This document shows, piece by piece, positions 8,495 through 17,702 of a stretch of DNA of 32,000 nucleotides; within the stretch, counting starts at the first letter, position 1, and every line of letters begins with the position of its first letter. The DNA comes from Nitratidesulfovibrio vulgaris str. Hildenborough. GTDB lineage: Bacteria > Desulfobacterota > Desulfovibrionia > Desulfovibrionales > Desulfovibrionaceae. Location: positions 2,160,001 through 2,192,000 of the forward strand of contig NC_002937.3 of the NCBI RefSeq assembly GCF_000195755.1. The letters are read 5' to 3'. Made by a program: the position numbers and the translations under genes. Under the pieces are notes generated by a model. The model saw only the letters and a list, made by a program, of their open reading frames with translations. It was not told the origin of the DNA and did not search any database.

Positions 8495-8527
8495 GGGAGG
8501 GTACCGCAAGGTGCCCTCCCTTCGTCT
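8495..8527 (+). terminator. Intrinsic terminator downstream of flagellin
   Basis: Arms GGGAGGGTACC (8495..8505) and GGTGCCCTCCC (8510..8520) form an 11-bp stem with one G-U pair around a GCAA tetraloop, followed by TTCGTCT. A further hairpin without a T-tail lies at 8535..8552, near the rel stop. Confidence 0.55.
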
Positions 8528-8572
8528 CGGGCATCGCCCCGTCTGCGGGGCGGCCCGGCCATCTGCGGAGCA

Positions 8573-10726
8573 TCACTCCATATGGGCCGCGGCGCGGATG
8601 ACCTCGAGCACGGCAGGCAGTTTACGCAGCCTGTCCATGGTGTGGTAGAGGTGGGCCACGTCGCGCACTTCCACCATGAGTTCTACCTCGGAATGGCCGT
8701 CCACCAGCGAATGCATCGTGCCGGAGTCGATGTTGATGTTCGCCTCGGCAAGCAAGGCGGATATCTGGGCCAGTACGCCCTTCTCGTTGCGACACAGAAG
8801 ATGGATGCGTGCCGGGAAGGGCTTGTCCTCGTGCCCGTCCCAGAAGACGGAGATGAGACGCTCCGGTTCCATGCCTTGCACGTTGGGGCAGTCGGAGGTG
8901 TGCACGGTCACGCCGCGCCCGCGGCTTATGTAGCCCACGATGGCGTCACCGGGCACGGGGTTGCAGCACCGGGCGAACCGGACAAGGACATCATCGACCC
9001 CGCGAATGCTCACGCTTTCCGACTTGCGGTCGGGCGGCGCCGTGGGCGCGGGCTCCTGCGCCTTGACCTCTTCAGGGGCCGGAGGCGAGATGTGCGCCTG
9101 CAAGCGACGGAGTATCCGCTTCGGCGTATGGCGCGCATAGCCTACCGATGAAAGCAGGTCGTCCACGCTGCCAAGGGAGAATTCCTTCACGACAGCATCG
9201 AAATCACCTTCACGGATGGCCTTGGACACGTTGATGCCCATGCGGCGGCCTTCCTTCTCCAGCATCTCGCGGCCGAGCGAGATGGAGCGGGCGCGCTCCT
9301 CGGTGCGGATGAAGTGCTGGATGCGGCTACGTGCCTTGGCCGTCTTGACGATCTTGAGCCAGTCGCGACTGGGATGCCGGTTGGGGTCGGTGATGACTTC
9401 GATGGTGTCGCCGCTGACGAGGGGCGTCCCCAGCGGAACGAGCTTGCCGTTGACCTTGGCTCCCGCACAGTGGTCGCCCACCTGCGAGTGAATGAGGTAG
9501 GCGAAGTCGATGGGAGTAGCCCCTTCGGGCAGTTCCTTCACATCGCCGCGGGGCGTGAATACGTAGACCTCGTCCTTGAACAGGTCGAGGCGCAGCGAGT
9601 GCATGAACTCCTTGGAGTCGGCCTCGTGCTTCTGCCTGTCGAGGATTTCGCGCAACCATGTGAACTGTGCGACGTCCCGCGGATTGACCCGCCCTGCGTC
9701 CTTGTACAGCCAGTGCGACGCGACCCCGTGTTCCGCCATGCGGTGCATCTCGCGGGTGCGTATCTGTATCTCGATGCGCTCACCCTCCGGCCCGATGACC
9801 GTGGTGTGCAGGCTCTGGTAGCCGTTGGCCTTGGGCATCGAGATGTAGTCCTTGAAGCGCCCGTGCACCGGCTTCCATTGTGCGTGCATGAGGCCCAGCA
9901 CGGCGTAGCAGTCGCGCAGGTCGGCGACGATGACGCGAAAGGCGATGATGTCGTGCATCTCGTCAAGGGCGAGCCCCTGCTGCGTCATCTTCTTGTAGAT
10001 GCTCGACTTGTGCTTGATGCGCCCGCGCACCTCGCCTTCGATGCCGTTGGCGTCGAGCACCTCGCGGATGCGCGCTATCACCTTGTCGATGAGGTTGCGC
10101 TCCACCATCTGGTTCTCGTCGAGCCAGTCGGTTATCTGCGCGAAGACATCGGGCTTGGTGTAGCGAAGACCGAGGTCTTCCAGTTCGAGTTTGATGCGAT
10201 GCAGGCCCAGACGGTTGGCCAGCGGCGCGTAGATGTCGAGGGTCTCCTGCGCGATGGACTGCTGCTTGTGCGACTTCTGGAAGTCGAGCGTGCGCATGTT
10301 GTGCAGCCTGTCAGCCAGCTTGACCATCAGCACCCGGATGTCGTGCGACATGGCGAGGATCATCTTGCGGATGTTCTCGGCCTGCGCCTCCTCCTTGCTG
10401 TCGAAGGTCATCTGGCTGATCTTGGTCACGCCATCGACGATGTCGGCCACTTCTTCACCGAACTCGCGGTCGATGTCCTCGATGCCCGCGTCGGTATCCT
10501 CGACGGTGTCATGCAGGAGCCCCGCCGCCACCGTCGCCTCGTCGAAGTGCATTTCGGCAAGCAGGTCGGCCACTGCCAGCGGATGCGAAAGATAGGGCTC
10601 ACCCGAAAGGCGTGTCTGCCCGGCGTGCCCTGCCGCCGCGTAGACGTAGGCCCGCTGTATGAGGGAGATGTCGGCGTCCTTGTGCGAGGCCGCGACCTTG
10701 TCGACGATTTCCTGAATGCGGATCAT
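8573..10726 (-). CDS. relA: Bifunctional (p)ppGpp synthetase/hydrolase, RelA/SpoT family, 717 aa
   Basis: ORF track. An intact HD hydrolase motif (HPLAVADLL ... LLHDTVEDT). Synthetase domain (RIKHKSSIYKKM, FRVIV, GYQSLHTTV). TGS region (VYVFTPRGDVKELPEGATPIDFAY). C-terminal ACT-like region. Confidence 0.95.
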   Translation of the reverse strand: MIRIQEIVDKVAASHKDADISLIQRAYVYAAAGHAGQTRLSGEPYLSHPLAVADLLAEMHFDEATVAAGLLHDTVEDTDAGIEDIDREFGEEVADIVDGVTKISQMTFDSKEEAQAENIRKMILAMSHDIRVLMVKLADRLHNMRTLDFQKSHKQQSIAQETLDIYAPLANRLGLHRIKLELEDLGLRYTKPDVFAQITDWLDENQMVERNLIDKVIARIREVLDANGIEGEVRGRIKHKSSIYKKMTQQGLALDEMHDIIAFRVIVADLRDCYAVLGLMHAQWKPVHGRFKDYISMPKANGYQSLHTTVIGPEGERIEIQIRTREMHRMAEHGVASHWLYKDAGRVNPRDVAQFTWLREILDRQKHEADSKEFMHSLRLDLFKDEVYVFTPRGDVKELPEGATPIDFAYLIHSQVGDHCAGAKVNGKLVPLGTPLVSGDTIEVITDPNRHPSRDWLKIVKTAKARSRIQHFIRTEERARSISLGREMLEKEGRRMGINVSKAIREGDFDAVVKEFSLGSVDDLLSSVGYARHTPKRILRRLQAHISPPAPEEVKAQEPAPTAPPDRKSESVSIRGVDDVLVRFARCCNPVPGDAIVGYISRGRGVTVHTSDCPNVQGMEPERLISVFWDGHEDKPFPARIHLLCRNEKGVLAQISALLAEANINIDSGTMHSLVDGHSEVELMVEVRDVAHLYHTMDRLRKLPAVLEVIRAAAHME

Positions 10727-10729
10727 ACG

Positions 10730-12427
10730 TTACTGCTGCACCGTTGAGCGCTGCTGGTCGACGGGAACCCACCAGCGGTTGAAGTTGTGCATGAGGCCCG
10801 CCGGGGCGGGGTCGATGCCTCGAAAACGCGCTGCCACCACCGGCAGGGCATACGGCACGTACAGAAAGCAGTAGGGCTGGTCGCGGTGGACGATCTCTTG
10901 GAAACGGTCGTAGTACTGCTTGCGCTCGTCCTGGTCGAAAGTGCGACGGGCCTTTTCTAGTACGGCGTCCACCTCTGCATTGCGATAGCCCACGAAATTG
11001 AGCCCGCCGGGTTCAGCCTTGGAGGAATGCCACACATCATAGGCATCCGGGTCCTGCGTGATGTTCCAGCCGAGGATGACGGCATCGAACCTGCCCGTGT
11101 TCACGAACTCCTTGATGAACGCGGCCCACTCCACCGTCCGTATCTGTACACGTATCCCCACATCCTTGAGCTGGCTCTGGATGATGGTTGCCGTCTTGAT
11201 ACGCTGGTCGTTGCCCTGGTTGGTCAGGATGGTGAAGGCGAAGGGCCTTCCCTCGCGGTCGAGGATGCCATCCCCGTCCGTGTCCTGCCACCCCGCTTCG
11301 CGCAGCATCTCGGCTGCGAGGGCAGGATCATAGGAGTACGCCGTTAACCTGTCGTTGTATACCCATGTGCCGGGCTTGTAGGGACCGACCGTGGGCACCC
11401 CCTGTCCCAGAAGCACGCCCTTGATGATGCCCTCGCGGTCGATGGCATGGGCGATGGCACGGCGGACACGCGCATCGGCGAAGAACGGATGCTTCAGGTT
11501 GTAGCCGAGATAGGTGTACCCGAACGAAAGATAGCGGTATTTGCGCCAGTCACGCTCCCATGTGTAGCCATCGGTCTGCCGCAGGTACTGCTGCGGCGAG
11601 AGCCCCATCATATCGAGCTTGCCCGCCTTGAGTTCGAGGAACATGGTCGCGTTGTCGGGAATGATGCGGTACACGACCTCGTCGATATGCGGCCTGCCCT
11701 CGAAGTAGTCTGGGTTGGCACGCAGCACCAGACGGGTTCCGGGTTCCCACGATTCGAGCATGTACGGCCCCGCCCCCACGGGCTTGCGCGCGAAGGGGGT
11801 CGTCCGCACGTCCTGTCCTTCCAGCAGGTGCTTCGGCATGATGTCCTGCATCCAGCTTATGAGCGACCGGGCAAAGGGCTTGTCGTAGCGCACCTCGAAG
11901 CTGTAGCGGCCCGTCTTGCGGAACTCCTGCACGGCAAGGAAGTCGCCCGCGTACGGTGTCGGTGTCGTGGGCGCGATGATAAGCTTGTAGGTGAACTCGA
12001 CGTCATCCGCCGTGAGTTCCACGCCGTCCTGCCACCGGATACCCTTGCGCAGCTTGAACCGCAGCAGCCTGCCCCCGTCGAGCACCTCGTAGGACTCTGC
12101 CGCCCAAGGCTCGATCTCGAGGTCACGGTTATACCGCAAGAGCCCCACGTAAAGCTGGCTTGCGACCTCGTGCGAGGACGCATCGCTGGAAAGGAACGAG
12201 ATGAGGTTCGACGGTTCCCCGATGGACCCCATGATGATGCGTCCGCCATCTTCCGCCATTTCCTGTGCGGTGGGTCGCCCAGCTGGCGGGAAGCCCTCGC
12301 CGGCGGTACTGCCGGAAGGCACCTGCGGTGCCTCTTTGGATACCGTGGGGGCAGTATCATCGCCACATCCCGCACAAAGGCATACAGCCACAAGGGATAC
12401 GATGGTCAGACAACGCAAAACCGACAT
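10730..12427 (-). CDS. ABC-type family-5 (peptide/nickel/opine class) solute-binding lipoprotein, orphan (no permease or ATPase genes nearby)
   Basis: ORF track 10730..12451. I trimmed the start to ATG 12427, with SD GAGGA at 12439..12435 and a 7-nt spacer. This gives MSVLRCLTIVSLVAVCLCAGCGDD, a lipobox LCAG-C. The SBP_bac_5-like body includes RWQDGVELTADDVEFTY. The stop TAA at 10732..10730 lies 3 nt before the rel ATG. Confidence 0.85.
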   Translation of the reverse strand: MSVLRCLTIVSLVAVCLCAGCGDDTAPTVSKEAPQVPSGSTAGEGFPPAGRPTAQEMAEDGGRIIMGSIGEPSNLISFLSSDASSHEVASQLYVGLLRYNRDLEIEPWAAESYEVLDGGRLLRFKLRKGIRWQDGVELTADDVEFTYKLIIAPTTPTPYAGDFLAVQEFRKTGRYSFEVRYDKPFARSLISWMQDIMPKHLLEGQDVRTTPFARKPVGAGPYMLESWEPGTRLVLRANPDYFEGRPHIDEVVYRIIPDNATMFLELKAGKLDMMGLSPQQYLRQTDGYTWERDWRKYRYLSFGYTYLGYNLKHPFFADARVRRAIAHAIDREGIIKGVLLGQGVPTVGPYKPGTWVYNDRLTAYSYDPALAAEMLREAGWQDTDGDGILDREGRPFAFTILTNQGNDQRIKTATIIQSQLKDVGIRVQIRTVEWAAFIKEFVNTGRFDAVILGWNITQDPDAYDVWHSSKAEPGGLNFVGYRNAEVDAVLEKARRTFDQDERKQYYDRFQEIVHRDQPYCFLYVPYALPVVAARFRGIDPAPAGLMHNFNRWWVPVDQQRSTVQQ

Positions 12428-12531
12428 CTTGCAATCCTCGCTTCTTGCCATACGCGCACTTTACTCTAGAATGAAACGTGAGGCGGCGTGCCCCGGACAG
12501 CGAGTGGCAAGCCTAGCAGAGAACACAACCA

Positions 12532-12560
12532 TTGAAAACAACCTACCAATCGTGTATGAT
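12532..12560 (+). promoter_or_regulatory. Near-consensus sigma-70 promoter upstream of the SNF2 helicase gene
   Basis: TTGAAA 12532..12537, a 17-nt spacer, then TATGAT 12555..12560. This is conspicuous in a GC-rich genome. The predicted leader is about 90 nt and contains the hairpin TGCCGCA...TGCGGCA. Confidence 0.45.
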
Positions 12561-12659
12561 AGTACGTTGTGCCGCATAGTCCGGGGGGACGTTGCGGCAT
12601 ACTCACAAGACGATATGCACTAGATTATCATTCGGCGCACATGGGGAGCACCAAACACA

Positions 12660-15600
12660 ATGGACAGAAGTGAGGAGCAGGCAATCCGTACGTTGTTGCA
12701 AGGATTCGTGCATGATACGATTCCTGAATACATCCGCGACGGTGCGCAGGACATGCTGGCACAGGGGGGCGTCCAGAAACTTGGCCTCAAGAAGGAAGGC
12801 GGCACGTGGGAGATAGACGGAAGCATCCAGAGTGACGACTTCCAGATCTATGTCTCGCGCATCAGCCTGACGCCGTCCGAACATCGGGCCTCGTACGTGT
12901 GCAACTGCTCCGATTCATTCTCGGGAGTCTGCCGTCATGTGGCGGCGACAGCCCTCAAGATGCTCTCGACCTTCGACACGCGCCCCGGTTCCGATGAACC
13001 CGCGAAGCCGCGCGTCGAGTGGCGGCAGAGCTTCAGAAGCTTCTTCTCCACTGCCCTCGACCCCGAACCGGGTAAACATTACCTCATCTTCAGGTTCCAC
13101 CCCGAACCGGGTCGCCTGACCGTCGCCTTCTTCAGGGCGCGTCAGAACAAGTCGGGCCTTTCCACCGTCCATAACGAGATAACGCTCGAACAGATCATCA
13201 ACAACCCGGAGTGGTGCGAACTCTCGCCCCAGCTTGTGGATGTCGCGAAGCAGGTGGGGCAGTTCGTCGACTACTACGGGCACCGCATCGAGATACCCGA
13301 CGGACTCGTCTCGTGGTTCTTCTGGGCCATCCGCCGCGAGTACTACCTTTTCTGGCTGGACACCGAATCGCCATGCCGCATCGAGAACACCGCGCTGGGC
13401 CTCAAGCTGCACCCCCGCCTCGGCGATGACGGACTTTCGTTCGACGTGATGCTCTACCGCGAAGGCAAGCCGCCCTTCTCCATTCTCGGCGGCGAGAACG
13501 CAGCGACCTTCCACGGTCAGATGCCCATGTGGGTGTGCTGGAACCGCAGCTTCTACCCGGTGCAGACCAGCCTGCCCCCCCAACTGGTGCAGGACCTCAT
13601 CCGCCAGCATCCGTCCATCCCGCAGGAGGACATGTCGGAGTTCCTCGACAGGGTGTGGACGCGCCTGCCCTCTTCCGACCTCTACGGGCAGGAGGACTTC
13701 CTGAAGCTGATGGAACCCGTCTTCCAGCCCGCGCGTTACAGCCCCAAGCTCTTTCTCGACGAAGAGGGAAGCCTCCTCACCCTCGAGATACAGAACGTCT
13801 ACGAGACGGCCCATGGCGAATTCTACCTCGCCGGACCGAACCCGGACTTCCAGACCGGCAGCTACACCTTCGAGGGCACCACGTTCCTCATCCGCCGCCA
13901 CCAGGACGAAGAGGCGGGGCTCATCACCCAACTTTCCGAAATGCGCTTCCAGCCGCGCAGCAGCCGTCTGTGGTTCCTCGAACCCGAAGAGGCCATCGCC
14001 TTTCTTCTGGACGCCTACCCGCGCCTTGTCGAGAAATACCGCGTCTACGGCGAGAAGGCCCTCTCCCGGTACAAGGTGCGCCTTTCACAGCCCGTCATCA
14101 CCGCCAAGGTCGAGAGCAACGAAGAGGAGAAATGGTTCTCGCTCGACATCGACGTGGAATACGACGGGCAGAAGGTGCCCATCGACAAGATCTGGAAGGC
14201 ATGGTCGCAGGGCAAGCGCTACGTGCAGCTCAAGGACGGCTCCTACACCAGCCTGCCCGAGACATGGCTCGAAAGGCTCGGTCACAAGCTGCAAGCGCTC
14301 GGACTCGACCCCGACAAGCCGCCGCAGAAGCAGTTCAAGCAGTTCGAGGCGCCCGTGCTGGACAGCCTCCTCGACGACCTGCCGGGCGCCGAGACCGACA
14401 GCTTCTGGAACAGCCTGCGCGACAAGATACGCACGTTCCGCGAAATACGCGCCGTCAACGCCCCGAGGGGCCTCAACGCCACCCTCCGCGGCTACCAGAT
14501 GCAGGGCCTCGCCTACCTCAACTTCCTGCGCGAGTACGGCTTCGGCGGCATCCTCGCCGACGAGATGGGCCTCGGCAAGACCGTGCAGACCCTCTCCTTC
14601 GTGCAGCACATGGTGGAGAGTGGCAAGATAGGCCCCAACCTCATCGTCGTGCCCACCTCGGTGCTGCCCAACTGGGAGCGTGAAGCGCAGAAGTTCGTCC
14701 CTGAACTCAAGCGGCTCATCATCTACGGCACCCGCCGTGAGGGGATGTTCAAGCTCATCGACGAATCGGACCTCGTGGTCACCACCTATGCGCTGCTGCG
14801 CCGTGACCTTGAGGAACTGCAGAACCACACGTTCAACTGCATCATCCTCGACGAAGCGCAGAACATCAAGAATCCCAACACGATCACGGCACGTTCGGTA
14901 CGCCGCATCAAGGCCGACATGCGCCTGTGCCTCTCGGGTACGCCCATCGAGAACAACCTGTTCGAACTGTGGTCGCTGTTCGAGTTCCTCATGCCCGGCT
15001 TCCTCGGGTCGCAGCACGCCTTCCAGCGCGGGGTCATCAAGCCCATCAAGGACGGCGACTGTGAAACGCTCGACTACCTGCGCACCCGTGTGCGGCCCTT
15101 CATCCTGCGGCGCACCAAGTCCGAGGTCGCCAAGGACCTTCCGCCCAAGATCGAGAACACCTACTACTGCGCCCTTGCCGAAGAGCAGGCCGAACTGTAC
15201 ACGGCCCTCGCCCGCAAGCTGAAGGAGCAGGTGCTTGCCGACGTGGACGAGAAGGGACTCGCCAAGAGCCAGATGTCCATCCTCGACGCGCTGCTCAAGC
15301 TACGTCAGATATGCTGCCACCCGCGCCTGCTCAAACTCGACATGCCCGGCTTCTCAACCAACCTGCCCTCCGGCAAGTTCGATGCCTTCAAGGACATGAT
15401 CACCGACATCGTCGAGGAAGGACACAAGGTGCTGGTGTTCTCGCAGTTCGTGCAGATGCTGCATATCATCCGCTCGTGGCTGCAGATTTCCGGCACGCCC
15501 TTCTGCTATCTCGACGGCACCAGCAAGGACCGCTTCGAACAGGTGGACAAGTTCAACAACTCGCCCGACATCCCCATCTTCCTCATCTCCCTGAAGGCTG

Positions 15601-15875
15601 GCGGTACGGGTCTCAACCTCACCTCCGCCGACTACGTCATCCACTACGACCCGTGGTGGAACCCCGCCGTGGAGAGTCAGGCAACCGACCGTACGCACCG
15701 CATCGGTCAGACCCGGCAGGTGTTCAGCTACAAGCTCATCTGCCAGAATACGGTGGAAGAGAAGATACTCAAGCTGCAGGACATGAAACGTGGCGTGGCC
15801 GAGGCCATCATCCCCGGTCAGGAGACGTGGAAGTCACTCACCCGCGAAGACCTCGAGATGCTCTTCGACATCTAG
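12660..15875 (+). CDS. SNF2-family DEAD/H helicase with N-terminal SWIM zinc finger, 1071 aa
   Basis: ORF track. SWIM motif CNCSDSFSGVCRHV (C-x-C-x9-C-x-H). Helicase motif I LADEMGLGKT, motif II DEAQNIKN, motif III LSGTPIENN. C-terminal helicase domain (VLVFSQF, GGTGLNLTSADYVIHYDPWWNPAVESQATDRTHRIGQ). Confidence 0.9.
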   Translation: MDRSEEQAIRTLLQGFVHDTIPEYIRDGAQDMLAQGGVQKLGLKKEGGTWEIDGSIQSDDFQIYVSRISLTPSEHRASYVCNCSDSFSGVCRHVAATALKMLSTFDTRPGSDEPAKPRVEWRQSFRSFFSTALDPEPGKHYLIFRFHPEPGRLTVAFFRARQNKSGLSTVHNEITLEQIINNPEWCELSPQLVDVAKQVGQFVDYYGHRIEIPDGLVSWFFWAIRREYYLFWLDTESPCRIENTALGLKLHPRLGDDGLSFDVMLYREGKPPFSILGGENAATFHGQMPMWVCWNRSFYPVQTSLPPQLVQDLIRQHPSIPQEDMSEFLDRVWTRLPSSDLYGQEDFLKLMEPVFQPARYSPKLFLDEEGSLLTLEIQNVYETAHGEFYLAGPNPDFQTGSYTFEGTTFLIRRHQDEEAGLITQLSEMRFQPRSSRLWFLEPEEAIAFLLDAYPRLVEKYRVYGEKALSRYKVRLSQPVITAKVESNEEEKWFSLDIDVEYDGQKVPIDKIWKAWSQGKRYVQLKDGSYTSLPETWLERLGHKLQALGLDPDKPPQKQFKQFEAPVLDSLLDDLPGAETDSFWNSLRDKIRTFREIRAVNAPRGLNATLRGYQMQGLAYLNFLREYGFGGILADEMGLGKTVQTLSFVQHMVESGKIGPNLIVVPTSVLPNWEREAQKFVPELKRLIIYGTRREGMFKLIDESDLVVTTYALLRRDLEELQNHTFNCIILDEAQNIKNPNTITARSVRRIKADMRLCLSGTPIENNLFELWSLFEFLMPGFLGSQHAFQRGVIKPIKDGDCETLDYLRTRVRPFILRRTKSEVAKDLPPKIENTYYCALAEEQAELYTALARKLKEQVLADVDEKGLAKSQMSILDALLKLRQICCHPRLLKLDMPGFSTNLPSGKFDAFKDMITDIVEEGHKVLVFSQFVQMLHIIRSWLQISGTPFCYLDGTSKDRFEQVDKFNNSPDIPIFLISLKAGGTGLNLTSADYVIHYDPWWNPAVESQATDRTHRIGQTRQVFSYKLICQNTVEEKILKLQDMKRGVAEAIIPGQETWKSLTREDLEMLFDI

Positions 15876-15931
15876 TCCGGCATCTCCCAAGTGTACTGCA
15901 AGACTTTTGCAAGAGTCCTGCAGATATTACG

Positions 15932-15977
15932 ACAGAACAGCAATGGCGCGCCATCAGGTGCGCCATTGCTGTTCTGT
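15932..15977. terminator. Very long hairpin between the convergent SNF2 and MocR genes (probable bidirectional terminator)
   Basis: ACAGAACAGCAATGGCGC (15932..15949) pairs perfectly with GCGCCATTGCTGTTCTGT (15960..15977). The stem extends to about 21 bp around an ATCA loop. There is no clear T-tract on either side. Confidence 0.45.
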
Positions 15978-16129
15978 CATGGGAGACGACGGGCCGGAAT
16001 GCCATCACGACCGGAAAGACTGGCGTGGGGTGGCGTCAAAGGGGCATATGGTCAGCGTACCCCTCAACACGTCGGACTGTTTCCATGACGAGCGCACACA
16101 ATAACGGCCCGACCTCACAGAAACCAAGT

Positions 16130-17572
16130 CTACCCGACAGGGACACGACCGGCATTCCCTAGAACCTGTTTCAGCAGCCGCACCCCCTGTTCCATCGCCT
16201 CTTCTGAAAGGTGTGCGTAGCCGAGGATGAGTTCATTCACATGGTCATCGCCATGCTGAAGGGCATAGGCGTGCACCGGAGTCGCCTCCACGCCGCCCCG
16301 TGCGAGTTCGCTCATGACCTTGTCGTCGAAGCGCACGCCAGTAAAAGCCGCGACGAGATGCAACCCCGTGGCATGTCCGCGTATGCCCACGGCATCTCCG
16401 AAGTGCCGCATCAGTGATTTGACCAGAAACGCCCGTCTACGCCTGTACAGCTTCTTCATACGCCAGATGTGCCTCTCCAGTGCCCCGCTGCCGATGAACG
16501 ACGCCAGCGCATGCTGCGACAGCGCATCCGTGTGCACATCGCTGTACAGCTTCTCCCGGTGCCATGCCGCCAGCAGTCTTGCGGGTAGGATGGCGAAGCC
16601 AAGGCGCAACGCAGGAGCCAGAACCTTGCTGAACGAACCGAGATAGACCACCGATTCCGGGGCAAGCTCATGAAGCGTTCCCACAGGTGAACCTTCATGC
16701 CTGAACTCTCCGTCATAGTCGTCCTCGACGATGAGACACTCCGCCTCCCGGGCGAAGCGGACGAGTGCCTGCCGCCTCTGTACGGGCAGGATGCCCCCCA
16801 GTGGATACTGATGCGAAGGCGTCACATACACGAAAGCGACGCCAGCCCTGCGGGCCTCCTCCGCCGATGGCAACATCCCCGTGTCCATGCCCCGGTCATC
16901 GACGGGCACACCTTCGACCCGCAAACCCGTCACTTCAAGTACTTCACGCAATCCGGCATGGGCAGGGTCCTCTGCCAGAACCACTCCGCCACTCCGTTGC
17001 AGAAGCCGGGACATGATTCGCAGCCCCTGGGTCGCCCCACTTGTGATCATCACCCTTTCGGCGTGGCAGCGTATGCCGCGTGTCCTGCGCAGGTATCCGG
17101 CTATCGCCTCCCGCAACGCCCAGACGCCTGCCGGGGCGCTATAGCGCAGCGCGTCGTCGGGCAAAGCCGCGCACACCCTCTGGTAGGTCCTGGCCCACTC
17201 TTCGCGCGGGAAGACATCGAGTGCCGGAATGCCAGAGCGAAAGCTCACCACCCCCGAAGGACGTTCGGGTACGGCTGCGGGTGCAATGACGAACGGCGCA
17301 CGGTTTGCACCTCCCTCCCCGCGTTCTGACACGATGCCTGCTGCCACCCTCGTCCCCGAACCATGACGCGTTTCGAGGTAGCCCTCCGCGGACAGCTGGT
17401 CATAGGCATCAAGAACCGTATTGCGCGACACACCAAGCTCAACGGCAAGGGCACGGCTGGATGGCAGGCGTGCCCCCGCAGCCAGTTCACCATCAAGGAT
17501 CATCTGCTTCAGGCGTTCATACAGCTGTCTACCTAGAGACAGAGGACCGTCGACATCAAGCGGGAGCCACAT
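16130..17572 (-). CDS. MocR/PdxR-type regulator: GntR winged-helix DNA-binding domain fused to a class-I aminotransferase-like PLP domain
   Basis: ORF track. The N-terminus LGRQLYERLKQMILDGELAAGARLPSSRALAVELGVSRNTVLDAYDQLSAEGYL is a GntR HTH. The C-terminal 350 aa are aminotransferase-like, with the PLP-lysine motif GSFSKVLAPALRLGF. Confidence 0.9.
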   Translation of the reverse strand: MWLPLDVDGPLSLGRQLYERLKQMILDGELAAGARLPSSRALAVELGVSRNTVLDAYDQLSAEGYLETRHGSGTRVAAGIVSERGEGGANRAPFVIAPAAVPERPSGVVSFRSGIPALDVFPREEWARTYQRVCAALPDDALRYSAPAGVWALREAIAGYLRRTRGIRCHAERVMITSGATQGLRIMSRLLQRSGGVVLAEDPAHAGLREVLEVTGLRVEGVPVDDRGMDTGMLPSAEEARRAGVAFVYVTPSHQYPLGGILPVQRRQALVRFAREAECLIVEDDYDGEFRHEGSPVGTLHELAPESVVYLGSFSKVLAPALRLGFAILPARLLAAWHREKLYSDVHTDALSQHALASFIGSGALERHIWRMKKLYRRRRAFLVKSLMRHFGDAVGIRGHATGLHLVAAFTGVRFDDKVMSELARGGVEATPVHAYALQHGDDHVNELILGYAHLSEEAMEQGVRLLKQVLGNAGRVPVG

Positions 17573-17702
17573 GCTCGCTCCAAGTGGTACCTTGTCATTA
17601 CCTGTTGACTGGGTCTTTCCGCATCCACTTCTCCCACCTTATGCTCCACTCCCACGAGAGACAAGGGCCATGTGCCGCACAGAACACACGGAGGGACAGG
17701 AC

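Noticed and set aside
13529-14683. 384-aa plus-strand ORF in an alternative frame of the SNF2 gene (a similar one lies at 13813..14631).
   Set aside because: An off-frame, R/P/A-rich translation entirely inside a gene whose main frame carries all the helicase motifs.
17421-17702. 5' part of the 319-aa track ORF preceding the B3/4-domain protein.
   Set aside because: It overlaps the MocR coding region (to 17572) and the divergent promoter. The SD-supported ATG at 17703 gives a protein of the size expected for the family.
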